NCBI RefSeq assembly: GCF_009914755.1
Contig: NC_060939.1
Origin: the human T2T-CHM13v2.0 reference genome, Homo sapiens
DNA length: 64,000 bases
Reading direction: 5' to 3' (one strand)
Shown here: piece by piece, positions 13,786 to 26,085 of the stretch
How positions within the stretch are numbered: position 1 is the stretch's first letter
How the letters are laid out: every line of letters begins with the position of its first letter
Translations under genes and position numbers: made by a program
Notes under the pieces: model-generated
Database searches by the model: none
Told to the model about the DNA's origin: nothing
Seen by the model: only the letters and a program-made list of their open reading frames with translations

Positions 13786-15639
13786 CTAAAAAGTAAGATA
13801 GCATTAATGATGGCTTATCTTTAAACTTATGTTTTGCAACATAAGTAATCATGAAAATCATCAGTCCTGGGAACCGCACAGTTCATAAATACCTCAGTAT
13901 CTGTTTTGTCTCTGCAGATAGTAACAGAGGTAACCCTACCATAAGGATTACCTCCTAAATGGTGATCTTTACTCAATGCTCACCTATGGTTAACTTGCTC
14001 TAGCCATTTTAGGATTCCTGCAAAGGAGGAAGGGTTAAGGCAAGATGAATAGCCTCTGATCTTTACTTTTAAAATATAATTTTTGAGAGGAAGGCGCTGT
14101 AACTGCTATGTGCTACTGTGTGGAAAGATCAAATCTTGGCACAGCAAATTGAAAAGACTGTCATATAATGTAAAGAGGATCAAATTTGGCATCAGATCTC
14201 TATTTGTATCCAGGCTGCTGTTTTCTAGCTGTGTCACTAAACAACTTAGACTAAAGCTCTCTGAGTTTCAGGTATAAAACGGGAATAATAAACATTACTG
14301 TGAGAATTAAATGTAATGCAGGTTCAAGTGCTTAGAATGTCTATTAAGCAATTAAATGCTGAAAAATTATTTCAAAAGACGAACCTTGTCATAATTATTA
14401 AGAATTATAATTGAAAACCTAAAACCTTTCTTTAAACACTCTTCTGCCCCCAAAGATTGGGCCCCTGTCCTACAGCGTTATCTCTGTTGAGATTTTTGAC
14501 TATAATTACTTTCAGATACTATGATTTTAAATTCAAGAGGAGGGGAAGAGAAAAAAACGGGGAAAGCAAGAAGAGCTGAGAGAGGAATCTCTGAATGAAA
14601 TCTGGGGGATACACAGAAGTCAACAGGAAGATGGGTCAGTTGGCCTCCAATTATTATTCAGTTCAACCTCTCTATAAAAAGTCACATGTTTTATCTCTTC
14701 AGCTACATGCAAAGATCTTGGAGGACAAGTACTCTTCCTTCAAGTTCTTTTAATCCTTCCCAAGAAACTGAGTGCAGATACAAGGTATCGAATAAATGTT
14801 TACTGAATATTTTATCTAATTTTTACCAAAATATGAAGGTACATAGTCCTATTTATGTCACGTAACTCTAAGATATTGACGCTTATTTCTTATAAAACTA
14901 AATAATAAAAACAGACTGATCATGGCAGTTGGGCATAATTCTTGCTGGTTACAACAAAAATTCTCAGCCTGTAAATGAAGATGCTGGTAACATCCCCAAA
15001 TTATCATGCTCATTAGAATCATGGGAGTGCAAGCAGAAATCACAGAAAAGACTGGAGAAATGACCAAGAGATGAAATAAAATAGGAAAAGATAACCCCCT
15101 TACAAATTTGTAAATGCCACATATTTCATTTTGGAATTATGCTGACCAGGATCTACTCAAGGTGGCTTTTAGAGAGATGCAGATGTACATTAAAATAATA
15201 GTAGAAAGTGTCCTTCCTGGAATGGAAATTCAAACACATGACTGACTTTTTAACTCAACTCTAATTCTTCTACGTCTGTAGTGAGAGGTTTAAATCCTAT
15301 CACATCCCCTCCCCGGTGCCCCTGAAGACAAGCTACTTTATTCTTCTCATGCTTGTTTTAAATTGTTAATATCGCTTATTTTTTAAACTGTTGGTAAATT
15401 TAAATTAGCTCTTTGGGCGACCAGAGCAATTTAAATGATTAAAATCAGTTTTGTTTAGACTTCTTTCAAAATAATATAAACGTTAATATCCAGTAATTTT
15501 TTTAAGTATGATGAAGTCACTCTGAATGAATACAGCCAAAATATGAACATCCTCTATTATATTACACAAACTTTTAGCACCTAGCAATAGGGTGCCTCTT
15601 AAACCCAATACACAGCTTTGAATTGAAATTAAAACTTAC

Positions 15640-15811
15640 TTGCAGTTCTGGCACACTTTGCACTCAGGACATTGCCAACCTGCACGTTTTAATGGAGTAA
15701 CCGCTATATCCAGGCACATTCCATGATAGTGCTGACCACAAGTAGTACAAAAGAACTGATCTAAGAGGTCTCCCGGGCTGTCGCACACTGCACAGTTTGC
15801 ATCTTCCTTCG
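15640..15811 (-). pseudogene. KMT2C: KMT2C exon 8 paralog (complete PHD2 finger, [57 protein letters not shown])
   Basis: Lies within ORF 15636..15884; C4HC3 pattern; AG acceptor at 15812-15813, GT donor at 15638-15639; 172 bp. Confidence 0.94.
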
Positions 15812-18800
15812 CTATAATTAACAGTAAAACAATGAAATTGTTGTATAAGAATTTAAATTTTTTCTGACTACACAGTAAAATCATTTGAAAGGATTTGCAT
15901 CATGAACCTTTCAGACATTTGAAGTTATTCACATTGAATTGTCATCTAATCAGAAAGAGGTATCAATAAAAACACTGTAGGTTATTTAATCTAAATGTAA
16001 CCACATTAAATTTAATCGTATAGTTTTGCAATTATTTGTGGCTATATCTACTTAAGACCGTAAGCAGGTCTTCTTTAATTTTCTATTCCTAATGCCAATG
16101 ATAATGCTGGATACCTAATTAATGCTCAATATATGCTCACTGCAAAGAACCGAACAAGGAAAACACCAACTAAGAAATGCTTTGCAGTGTAACATAAACA
16201 TTTTCTTTGAATGCTAAATATATTTTGAAATTACAAAATCAGACAAGAGACAAAATTAAGAAACGTTAATATCAATTAGACTAAGATGCTTCTTAAGCAT
16301 AAACAGACTATTCAAATCACATAAGGGCTTTTTTTTAATTACTGGAAAATGTCTTATGTGGAAGAACATTAAAGACAGAAGCTACATATTCATACACAAA
16401 CACATTACTTAATATATTAATTCTATATTCGTCTATATTAATTTCTAGTTGTAAAAGCATTAAAATCCACATAATTATGGACATCATCCATCCCTAAATG
16501 TGGATTAAAAGAAAATGTACTAACAGTTCTTTTACCATATAAAACAGAAAATATAAGGATAAACTGCCCTGCCAAATATACAGTTAAACTTATGCATATT
16601 GCAAAATAAGAAAAATAATGTATTCTAAAATCATACCAATCTTAGATAATGTATAAAAAATATGCCTGTATATAACAAGTATCACAAAGTATATGAATCT
16701 TTTCATTTTTTGAAGGTTTGATCATTCCTATCTACTATTCTGACTCATATGTTCTTTCTTTTACAGTCAAGCTTATCATACCAACCTTTGATAATATATA
16801 TAAATATGCCTGTATTTAACAAGTATCACAAAGTATATGAACCATTTGTTTTTCCTTTTTTTTTTTGAGACAGTTTCACTCTGTCACCAAGGCTAGAGAG
16901 CAATGGCGCGATCTAGGCTTACTGTAACCTCCGCCTCCCAGGTTCAAGGGATTCTCACGCCTCAGCCTCCCCAGTAGCTGGGATTACAGGCGTGTGCCAC
17001 CATGCCCACCTAATTTTTATATTTTTAGTAGAGACGATGTTTCACCACATAGCCCAGGCTGGTCTCAAACTCCTGAGCTCAAGCAATCCTGCCTCACCCT
17101 CCCAAAGTGCTGGGATTACAGGTGTGAGCTACCACACTCAGCCTTTTTCCCATTTTTTGAAGGTTTGGTCAATCCTATCAATTTCTCTCTGACTCATATG
17201 TTCTTTCTTTTCCAGTCAAGCATCTTGAAACAGAGTAAAAATATATTTCTTTTATTTGTACCGGAGTCTGCAAACTTTTCCTGAAAAGGGCTAGATAGTA
17301 AATATTTTAGGCTTTGTGAGCCATAGCAGTCTCTGACAAAAAGTCAGACCTTTTGTTTTTATTTACACTCTTTTAAAAATGTAAAAATAATTCCTCGCTT
17401 GAGGGCAGTACAAAAACAGGCTTCAAAATGTGGACGCTGGCTGGACCTCTGACGTACTTCATGAAGGCTGGCTTAGCACCTAATACTCATCTGAAGCTAC
17501 ATTAGTGAGGCTGCCAATGCCCATAGGAAACCCGATTTAGTCTTTGGCTTTTTTGCACTTTGTAGCATTTGCATTGCTAGCCACTCCCACATTAAAATGC
17601 CCCTTTCCTTAGTTTCTATCAGGGCAACTCTCTCCTAATTTCTCCTTAGTTTTCCCCCACTTTCATCTCATCCTCCTTTGTTGGCTTTTGTACCTATACA
17701 ATCTTTCTAAATGCTGGAGTTTCTTAGGATTTCATCCTTTTCCTTCTTTCCTAATCCCCCATAGTTTCCCTTTGTGATCACATCAACTCTCAAGCCATAA
17801 AATGCCACCATAATTCCTAAATCTGTATTATTGGTCCTAGAATTCTTTCATAAACCCCAAACCTTTATTCTTCAAATCTTACTGGATCTCAATAGCCAGG
17901 TGTTCTAAACACTCAATTTCAACTGCTCTAAAGTGAAACTTTTTTAAAAACCCGAAACAGCCTCCATTTTTCTCAAGAATAGATAAAGGCAGAAACCTTA
18001 GTATCATTGTTGACTCTGAACTCAGCCCTGACCCAACACATCCAGCCAGATCCCAATTCTTATGTATTAAACTTCCTACACATCATTCTTTCTTTATATG
18101 TTTATAGTTTAGTCTATTATACTAGGTTGGTGCAAAAGTAACTGCAGTTTTTGACATTACTTTTAATGGCAAAGACTGCAATTACCTTTGCACCTACCTA
18201 ATACTCTGTCTCGCTAACTGCAGTATCTTCTGCATCAAATCATCTCTACTTACGGTTCTGACGTCCTCTCTAAATCATTTTCTACACATCCAGAACAATC
18301 TTTCAAAAATGTAAATCTAATTGTTAACCTCTGTATAAATTAAAACTCCACCAATACCTCATTTTTCACCTAAAAGAAAATCAGAATTTTCAAGTATGAG
18401 GCAAAAAGGTCCTTATCTCCCTTTCCAACTGAATCTCAGAACCACTCACTATTTCATGGTCATGGTGGGTTGTCTGCCATGCACCTCACATAACATGCTA
18501 TTCATGTCTGTGTGCTTTTACACATTCTGTTCCCTCGGCTTGAAATTTTGTTTTTCTGCTGTGCTCCCAGCCTTCAAAACTCTGCTCATGGCTGGGCACA
18601 GAGGCTCACGCCTGTAATCCCAGCACTCTGGGAGGCCAAAGCAGATGGATCACCTGAGGTCAGGAGTTCGAGACCAGCCGGGCCAACATGGTGAAACCCC
18701 ATCTCTACTAAAAATACAAAATTAGCAGGGTGTGGTGGCACATGCCTGTAGTCCCAGCTACTCAGGAGGCTGAGGCAGGAGAATCGCTTGAACTCAGGAG

Positions 18801-21800
18801 GTGGAGGCTGCAGTGACTAGAGTTTATGCCACGGCACTCCAGCCTGGGAGACAGAGTGAGACCCTGTCTCAAAAAAAAAAAATCTGCACATTATTTCCTG
18901 AATACCTATTACCACACCCAAATATCCATTTAGTTGTTGAATATTACTTTTACTCATATGCTTACAAGAAACTTCTGTTACATAATCATTTATTTACAGC
19001 ACAACTCTGTGAATCCTTGAAGGACAGGGGCCTTAACTTTTTAAACTTTGTATCCCCAACTGCCTAACATGAATCAAGTCTTATTGAACATATTTTAAGT
19101 GAAGGACTTACTGCTAAAATCACTTTTAAATGGCTCTTTAAGTGATAGGCATTTAAAATAAATCATTAACAATGGAAGCATCACAAATTGGTTCATTTTT
19201 GATAGAAAGGACATAACTGGGATGTTATGTTTCTTAATATTGAGAGTACTAGTATTTATCTTTCAAAATATGTACATTGAAAAATTGATCTCTTTTTGGT
19301 CACCGTAAAACTTTTAAAAATTGGGGGAATACTCAACTATTTATCAGAAACTAATTATCAGATAATCAATTCATTTTTCTATTATACTCTCCTAGGAACA
19401 CTAAAATGCTTCTGTGAAACTTTCTAGAGTTTGCTCCCCTGACACTTCAAGTTGCCATGGTAGCTATTAGCGACATGTGGTTTCTGAACAAGTGAAATGT
19501 AATTAGTTCAAATCGAGGTATGCAGTAAGCATAAAATGCATACTGAATTCCAAAATCTTAATGGGGAAAAAGTATCTCAAAATTTGAAATATTACTATTT
19601 TGGATTACTGAATTAAATAAAATTTACTACAATTCTTCCCAAATGTTTCCTTTTTCTCAAATTTTTAACATACCCACTAGAAAAATTACTTATGTTGCTC
19701 ACATTATATTTATACTGCACAGCACTGTTATATACAACAAAGTTCACTCTGCAACAAGACAACTGTCATTGTCACAAAAATCACTTTTTAGACTATGATG
19801 ATCTCCACCAATGCCTTACTGACAACCTTGCTGTGTTATCTGATTACTATGGATCATTGGTAATAAATTAGTCAAAGGAAAACATCCATGTAATACATCT
19901 GGTGCAAAAACACTTAATATGCCTTATGTGAAAAACAATATTATTTTTAAAAGCACTACACAAAGAAATGAGGTTGGTTCCAACCCTCCCAGTCAGGGAG
20001 AAGATGTGTGGGAATACTGAAACAACCTTACGGAGGTCATGTATAAGAAGATTATCGATACTACTGGATAGGTTTGGTGTCAACACAGAAATTAAATATG
20101 AATATTTAGACACACATGTCTGTAAGCCAGAGACATTAAGTTTAAAGCAATAATCAACTAAAAATTTTTTCTTTAAACAGTTGAAAAAGCAAAAAGACAG
20201 GCTACAACTAAAGATAATTTAAGAGGGGAGAGGATTAAAGTCCAGGTCTATTTGGCTTCTAAGATCAGGCTCTTGACTACTAATCAAATTGACTCCTCAG
20301 CAAACTTTACTACTGATCAATGAAAGTGATGAGTATTTGAGTATACACAAAAGTAGACATGAAATGCCAACAGTGGCATACAATGAAGCTAAATGAAGTA
20401 AAGGGAGCAAGGTTCTTATGGCAGGAGAAAAGTGAGAGGAAACAAAATGATCATCTTTAAAGAAGGTCATTTCCTAAGAGACAGCTGTAAAAAGAGAAGA
20501 GATAAATAAAAAAGACAAAAACATTGAGCTTAAATTAGAACAGAGCTTATCACAGATCCTTAAACTTGATGAAACTATTGCTTAAGAAAGTCCAGACAAC
20601 ACATAAGAATAAAAGCATTGGTGAACAGCAAGAAAAGTCAAAATAGCTGTCATACAGTGTAAATTGAAGAAGGACAAAATCAGCATTGCTTTCTAATTTC
20701 CATCACACCCTATCATCTGCCAATTTTCATCACTGGCAGGACACTGGGCTGAGTGATTTGTCTATAAAAGAGAATCTCTGGAAAGAAAAAATAAATCATG
20801 GATGTCATCCAAAGAGGCTAGACCGTATCATTGGCAGGTAGATAAGAAAGGTCAGAGGACTGACAGAATTTAGGGTAAAAGAAAAGCAGCAGGACTTAAT
20901 GTCAAGAAATACAAAGATAACCAAAGAAAAGAGGCTGGAGTTAAAGCTTAAGTGAAGTAAAAGGAATTAAAGCTAAATGATGAGTAAATACATTGAGGAA
21001 CAGGGGGTGAATTAAGATGTGTAGCATTTCCATGTTTAAACCTTGCAAAAACTTCTCATTGCAGACCGAACAGAACCCAAACTCCTTCCCTTGCTTACAA
21101 GCCTACATGATCTAGCCTTTGTTCACCTTGATGATGTCTCTACTACCCCCACCTAGTAGGCTACTATGCTCCAAGTAAAATGATATGCTGTCTGTTCATG
21201 AATCATGCCAAGTCCACTCCTCAAGGTCTGTGTAGTGGTCTGTTCCCTCTTCCTGGAATGTTCTTTCCTCTTATCTTGCATGATTGGCTTCTTACCATTC
21301 AGTTTTCCTATTCAGGAAGTATATCTGGTTGTATCTCCTAGATGGATTTTTAGTGTAAAATTTCCAGACAAGGTTAATGTATCCTTGTATCATCATGAAA
21401 ATAATGTTGCAACAATGACCAGCCATTTACCTATGACAGAGCACCCTAAAAGTGTTTCCTGATGAAAATCTTGGCCTTCTTCACAGATACTCTCTTTAGC
21501 GGATTTCTTTATAATGAGATGCATGATTTTGTTAAATTTCTCAACTTTTATAAAAAGATGTCAACCTTACTCCTAACTCAATCAACTATCACAGCTACTG
21601 CTCTGCCCTTTAGGAAGCAACAGAAAATACATATACTCAATATGTATTATCATTCTCATAACTTAAGCTTTAGATAGGAGGTAAAATAACTATGCTTTTT
21701 AAAGCAATTAATATATACAAGGCACAATGTTATGTGAATTCCATTCATTGTTTTCATTTAACCCTCATAATAACACTATGATTTAAGACAGTATCATTTT

Positions 21801-22286
21801 AAAAGCATAAAAAGTAACTTCTGCCATGACACACAATTAGGATAGGAAGAAATATTTATAAAAGATGTTAAAAAGGTGACAAAACATCCTATCTGCAATA
21901 TTCTTTAAATTATATCCTTGGAACTTAATCCAAGATTATGATCGTCTTAACAGATGGGTCAGAACGCTGTCTAGTTAGAATGCACTGTTTAAAATCCCCA
22001 AGGAGGCCGGGCACGATGGCTCACACCTCTGTATCCCAGCAGTTTGGGAGGCTGAGACGGGCAGATCACGAGGTCAGGAGTCCGAGACAAATCTAGCCAA
22101 CATAGTGAAACCCCGTCTCTACTAAAAATACAAAAAATTAGCCGGATGTTATGATGTGCGCCTGTAATCCCACCTACTTGGGAGGCTGAGGCAGGAGAAA
22201 TCGCCTGAACCCGGAAAGTGGAGTTTGCAGTGAGCCAAGGCCATGCCACTGCATTCCAGCCAGGATGACAGAGCGAGACTCCATCT

Positions 22287-22326
<40 letters not shown>

Positions 22327-24507
22327 AATCTAATTTAGTCATTTAGGCCTTGATTTTATACCACTGACTTAGTTTGAAGGCTGCTATAAGAAACAGCCCT
22401 ATGAAACTGGTATTTTTCTACTGCAAAGTGGCTACTTTAAGACAATTTTTCATTGCATTCTATCAAGGGATGTCTTATTATTATATCATTATATCAAGTG
22501 ATGTTATAAATAGTAAGAATCAGATTAAGGGCTCATATTTCCTTCTTTGTATTGACTGTTGAAAAGGTATGGGGCCAAATTTGTGGTTTGTCTGGAATTA
22601 CATATTTTTGGGGGGTCTCTCTGTTATCTTCATATTTATCCTATCTAAATTTTCCATTGCCAAATTTCCTTACTTATTTTTAGTTTTATCCTATTGCTTA
22701 TGTATTTTTATGAGTCTCCATAAGTCTATTTTGGAAAAAGGCAGAGTACTCATAATTTTAGTATATCTTTTAGCTTTATGTTGCCATAAACCTTTCATTA
22801 TATACATGATCAACAACAGCAAATTATCTCACCTCAGTATTTAGTTTATTATTTTACAAACTGATTTATGATTACTAACATGTAACTGAAGGTATACACT
22901 ATTAGAACACAGTTTTCAGTAGAAAGTAGCACTGCCATTGAGTAATAAAATGTTCCAATATTAGAGCAACATTCTTATACAAGTTTGCATGTTGTTTACT
23001 GAGGTCTAAAGCATGACTACACAAAAGGCTGAATAAAATTCAGATTCTTCCATACACATAAAATTGTTTTATTGAGATGACAAAGTATATTTGTTAGGCC
23101 ACCCAGAATATAATCCACTCTGATAACTGCCAGTTTATGCACTTGCTGAAGTAACTCAGTACATAAATAGTAGCCACAACAGTTGCTGTGCATGAAAGTT
23201 CTTCTCTTCCAGATTGAAGAGTGTACAATCTAAAGCATTTTAAAACTTTAAATCCCTTATTAGCTTAAATATAATTTAAAATTTTAGTTTGCCTTACCTA
23301 TAATTTGTCTGTACACTAGGTTACTAAGGGTGATATGATTACATATGTGGACACAAAATAATTTTAATGGAAAATGAAATTAGGGTACTCAACAAAGATA
23401 AAGGGTAATGATCATGTACACTAACCATATTTGAGATTAGTTTAAGCCTAGGGTAGCTATACTTATGTTTCACAGACCTGGAGAAGATAGGAAAAAAAGC
23501 TTTTATCAACATTGCTAAGGAACAGGTAAAAGCTAACATTAGGTAACTAAGAGGTGACATAAAAAAGACTGAATAAAATATCATGGAGGTTCCATAATAA
23601 GATTGGAAATTCAATAGACTAGGAGAAAAAAGATGCCAAAATATACATGCTCATTGGGAAAACACATAGTAAGAAAAAGGAGAGATCTCTATTTAATGAT
23701 ACAATAGTAGAGTTATGATTTCCTGTATAATGTAAATTTCAAGCATTTAAACATTTTCATTGAATTATAAAATACTATTTGGAAAAGAAAGGAAAACAGC
23801 ACAACTGCACATTACAGATGACTAAGATAGATGAATCATGAAAAGGTGCTAGCAGAAATTTCTATCACACCTATCAGGGATACAAAATTTCCAAGAATTT
23901 CAGAAGTGTTTGGTGTTCCTATTAACGTAAATCCTGAAATAACACCTGAGTGAACTGTCTTCTAATTCTTCAACTGGATGGCTTTTTAGTGTAAAAGATG
24001 TTGAATACTGATTGACTTTTTAATAATTTTATAGTATATGTCAGAAATACTGCACAGTCCCTATTTACATCTTTCTACAGTGGTTTTTAAAATGTTTTAA
24101 GAATAAAAAACACGCAAACTTTATTTGATTTTCCTGAGGAAATAACTTTTTGGATTTAATTTCAATGCAACCGTTGATAACATTTCCCTCCCCAACAATC
24201 TCTGGCAACGATCCCTCAGATTTTAATGATTATGTATTATTACCTTTTAATACAAGTAGAATAACACTCAGGGAATTTACAACATTTGTTATTTTCAGTA
24301 AATACATTGGTTGAAGTTTAAAAGTCTATCCGTAGTAAACTTACATCTTTCAGGAGCTTGGTCAATGTGTTCTGGACAAAGCAGGAAGATGTGACTGAAA
24401 TCCTGAAAGGAGCCGGCTCCTGCAGCACAAGGATAATGATACATCTGGGTACATTTCTCTTCACAGCATTTGATAGTGGCTCCAAAGTGCTTACAAAATG
24501 CACATCG
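15761..24507 (-). CDS. BAGE: BAGE2/3-type B melanoma antigen C-terminal coding part, join(24507-24345, 15811-15761), read in the +1 frame of KMT2C exons 7-8; 5' coding exons outside the window
   Basis: ORF 24318..24563 contains [54 protein letters not shown]. Splicing to 15811 continues [19 protein letters not shown] (stop 15763-15761), matching the recalled BAGE2/BAGE3 C-terminus. Whether this copy is expressed cannot be seen. Confidence 0.7.
16631..17222. repeat. ~145-bp diverged tandem duplication, second copy split by an Alu
   Basis: tcataccaa...aacaagtatcacaaagtatatgaa starts at 16631 and 16776; cattttttgaaggtttg...ctgactcatatgttctttctttt.cagtcaagc starts at about 16703 and 17151. Confidence 0.92.
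16845..17143 (-). mobile_element. Alu inserted in a tandem duplication
   Basis: Antisense dimer. Confidence 0.95.
17261..17450 (+). mobile_element. MER58 fragment
   Basis: gcaaacttttcctgaaaagggctagatagtaaatattttaggctttgtgagccata. Confidence 0.75.
18122..18201. mobile_element. MADE1 (Hsmar1-derived MITE, 80 bp)
   Basis: taggttggtgcaaaagtaactgcagtttttg...caaagactgcaattacctttgcacctacctaa; near-palindromic and flanked by TA on both sides. Confidence 0.93.
18590..18882 (+). mobile_element. AluSx-like
   Basis: Full dimer. Confidence 0.95.
19450..19727 (+). mobile_element. MER3/MER33-type hAT MITE
   Basis: atggtagctattagcgacatgtgg...gctcacattatatttatactgcacagcactg. Confidence 0.65.
22005..22325 (+). 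mobile_element. AluS with ~37-nt pure poly-A tail
   Basis: Full dimer. Confidence 0.95.
24345..24507 (-). pseudogene. KMT2C: KMT2C exon 7 paralog (PHD1 region, [54 protein letters not shown])
   Basis: Lies within ORF 24295..24603; acceptor ttcag at 24508-24512, donor gtaagt at 24339-24344; 163 bp. Confidence 0.93.
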
Positions 24508-25892
24508 CTGAAAGGGGTAAAGGAGAGAAATCTCTTTATAAAACCTTGAAAAGGAATATTCAAATATAAGCTGGGAAGGTATAAAAAACTCTCTGTACAT
24601 CACAAGTAAACAAATGGAACCTGCAAAATATTAAACAAAGGATTCGTTAGAAATAATAAAATCTACATTACTCAATTTAGTGCTTCGTGTGCTACCAACT
24701 CATCCTTCCATTCAAATTAGAAAGTTAGAATTTCATTCCTTATATTTTCAAAAATAAATTGTGAAGCATTTTTGAAACAAAACCTAAAGATTTTTTTTTA
24801 AAGCAAATAGTAATATGGTTAAAGGGGCAGGTTTCTATATTGAGGATTATTATAAAGTTTTTAAATCCCACCAAAACTAGTAATAGGAACATATATTATT
24901 TATGAGACATATTACTATTTTTTATCCTGCCTAAAAATAAATACAAAATAAACTCATCAATTATAAGTTAACAGGGACATAAATAGTTAAAGACTCACAA
25001 AAAAAAAACTACATACTTCAATGTAACAATCAACTTCAAATTTCTTAACAAAAGATGGAAATGTGGGGGAAAAAAATTAGTCATCTGGTATCTTTCCCAT
25101 TTCAACCTGCCTCCATTATCTTGCAAGTGTTAAAACGCACAGAAATAAGCCCCAAACAAGAGGGGCAGTCTAGGGCAAGTGAACACATAAGAAATCAGAA
25201 GAAATTATGTAAAATGTTGCATTTACTTATTCAGTTTTCCCTTAGAATGATTCACAAACTCTTCCTCATTCTCCCAAGTCCATTTTGAGCATCATTTTCT
25301 TTGAAGAGAGTCTGATGGGCCCTGTACTGTACAGTATGAAATCTCTCTGTGGGAAATGACTATCTAACATAAATTTTTGTTTACACCGTTACATAGTACC
25401 TACTTGCTTATGCCATTACATGATCAGTTTATCTTTTTCTCATCCTAATCCAAGATCCTTCAATTGAGGCACCATACTATCTTTGTATCCAAAGCACCAA
25501 AAATGCTGCTTCAAACAGGCCCTAATAGATAGGTGTTCCTATACATATACCAAAAAGTCTTAACTTTTGGTGATCTTGTTTGTGAGTGTGGCTCATAAAC
25601 AGCTTAGCTGAGATAACTGGAGCCTCACGTAGCAGAGACAGTTGGACCCTGCTAACATTACTGTGGATATCTTCACATGTTACTACACTGACTTTATATT
25701 CTGCTAATTAACCAGGGACTACAGTAGTTAAAATTATAATTGTTTTCAATGTTTTATGTGTAAATCTGTATTTCACATACTATCAAACTCTTCCTCATTG
25801 TCATCAGTCTACTGCATTGAATCAACATAACAAAGCTAAATGACTCCTGAGGGCTGAATCAGAAAGAAGAAAAGAAAGAGATACAAAACTTT

Positions 25893-26085
25893 GGCCAGCC
25901 CAGTGGCTCACACCTGTAATCCCGGCACTTTAGAAGGCCAAGGCGGGCGGATCACGAGGTCAGGAGATCGAGACCATCCTGGCTGACACAGTGAAACTCC
26001 ATCTCTACCGAAAATACAAAAAATTAGCCGGACGTGGTGGCAGGCACCGGTAGTCCCAGCTACTTAGGAGGCTGAAGCAGGAGAA
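25893..26085 (+). mobile_element. 3'-truncated AluY-like element
   Basis: gatcacgaggtcaggagatcgagaccatcctggct diagnostic; stops at gcaggagaa with no tail. Confidence 0.9.
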
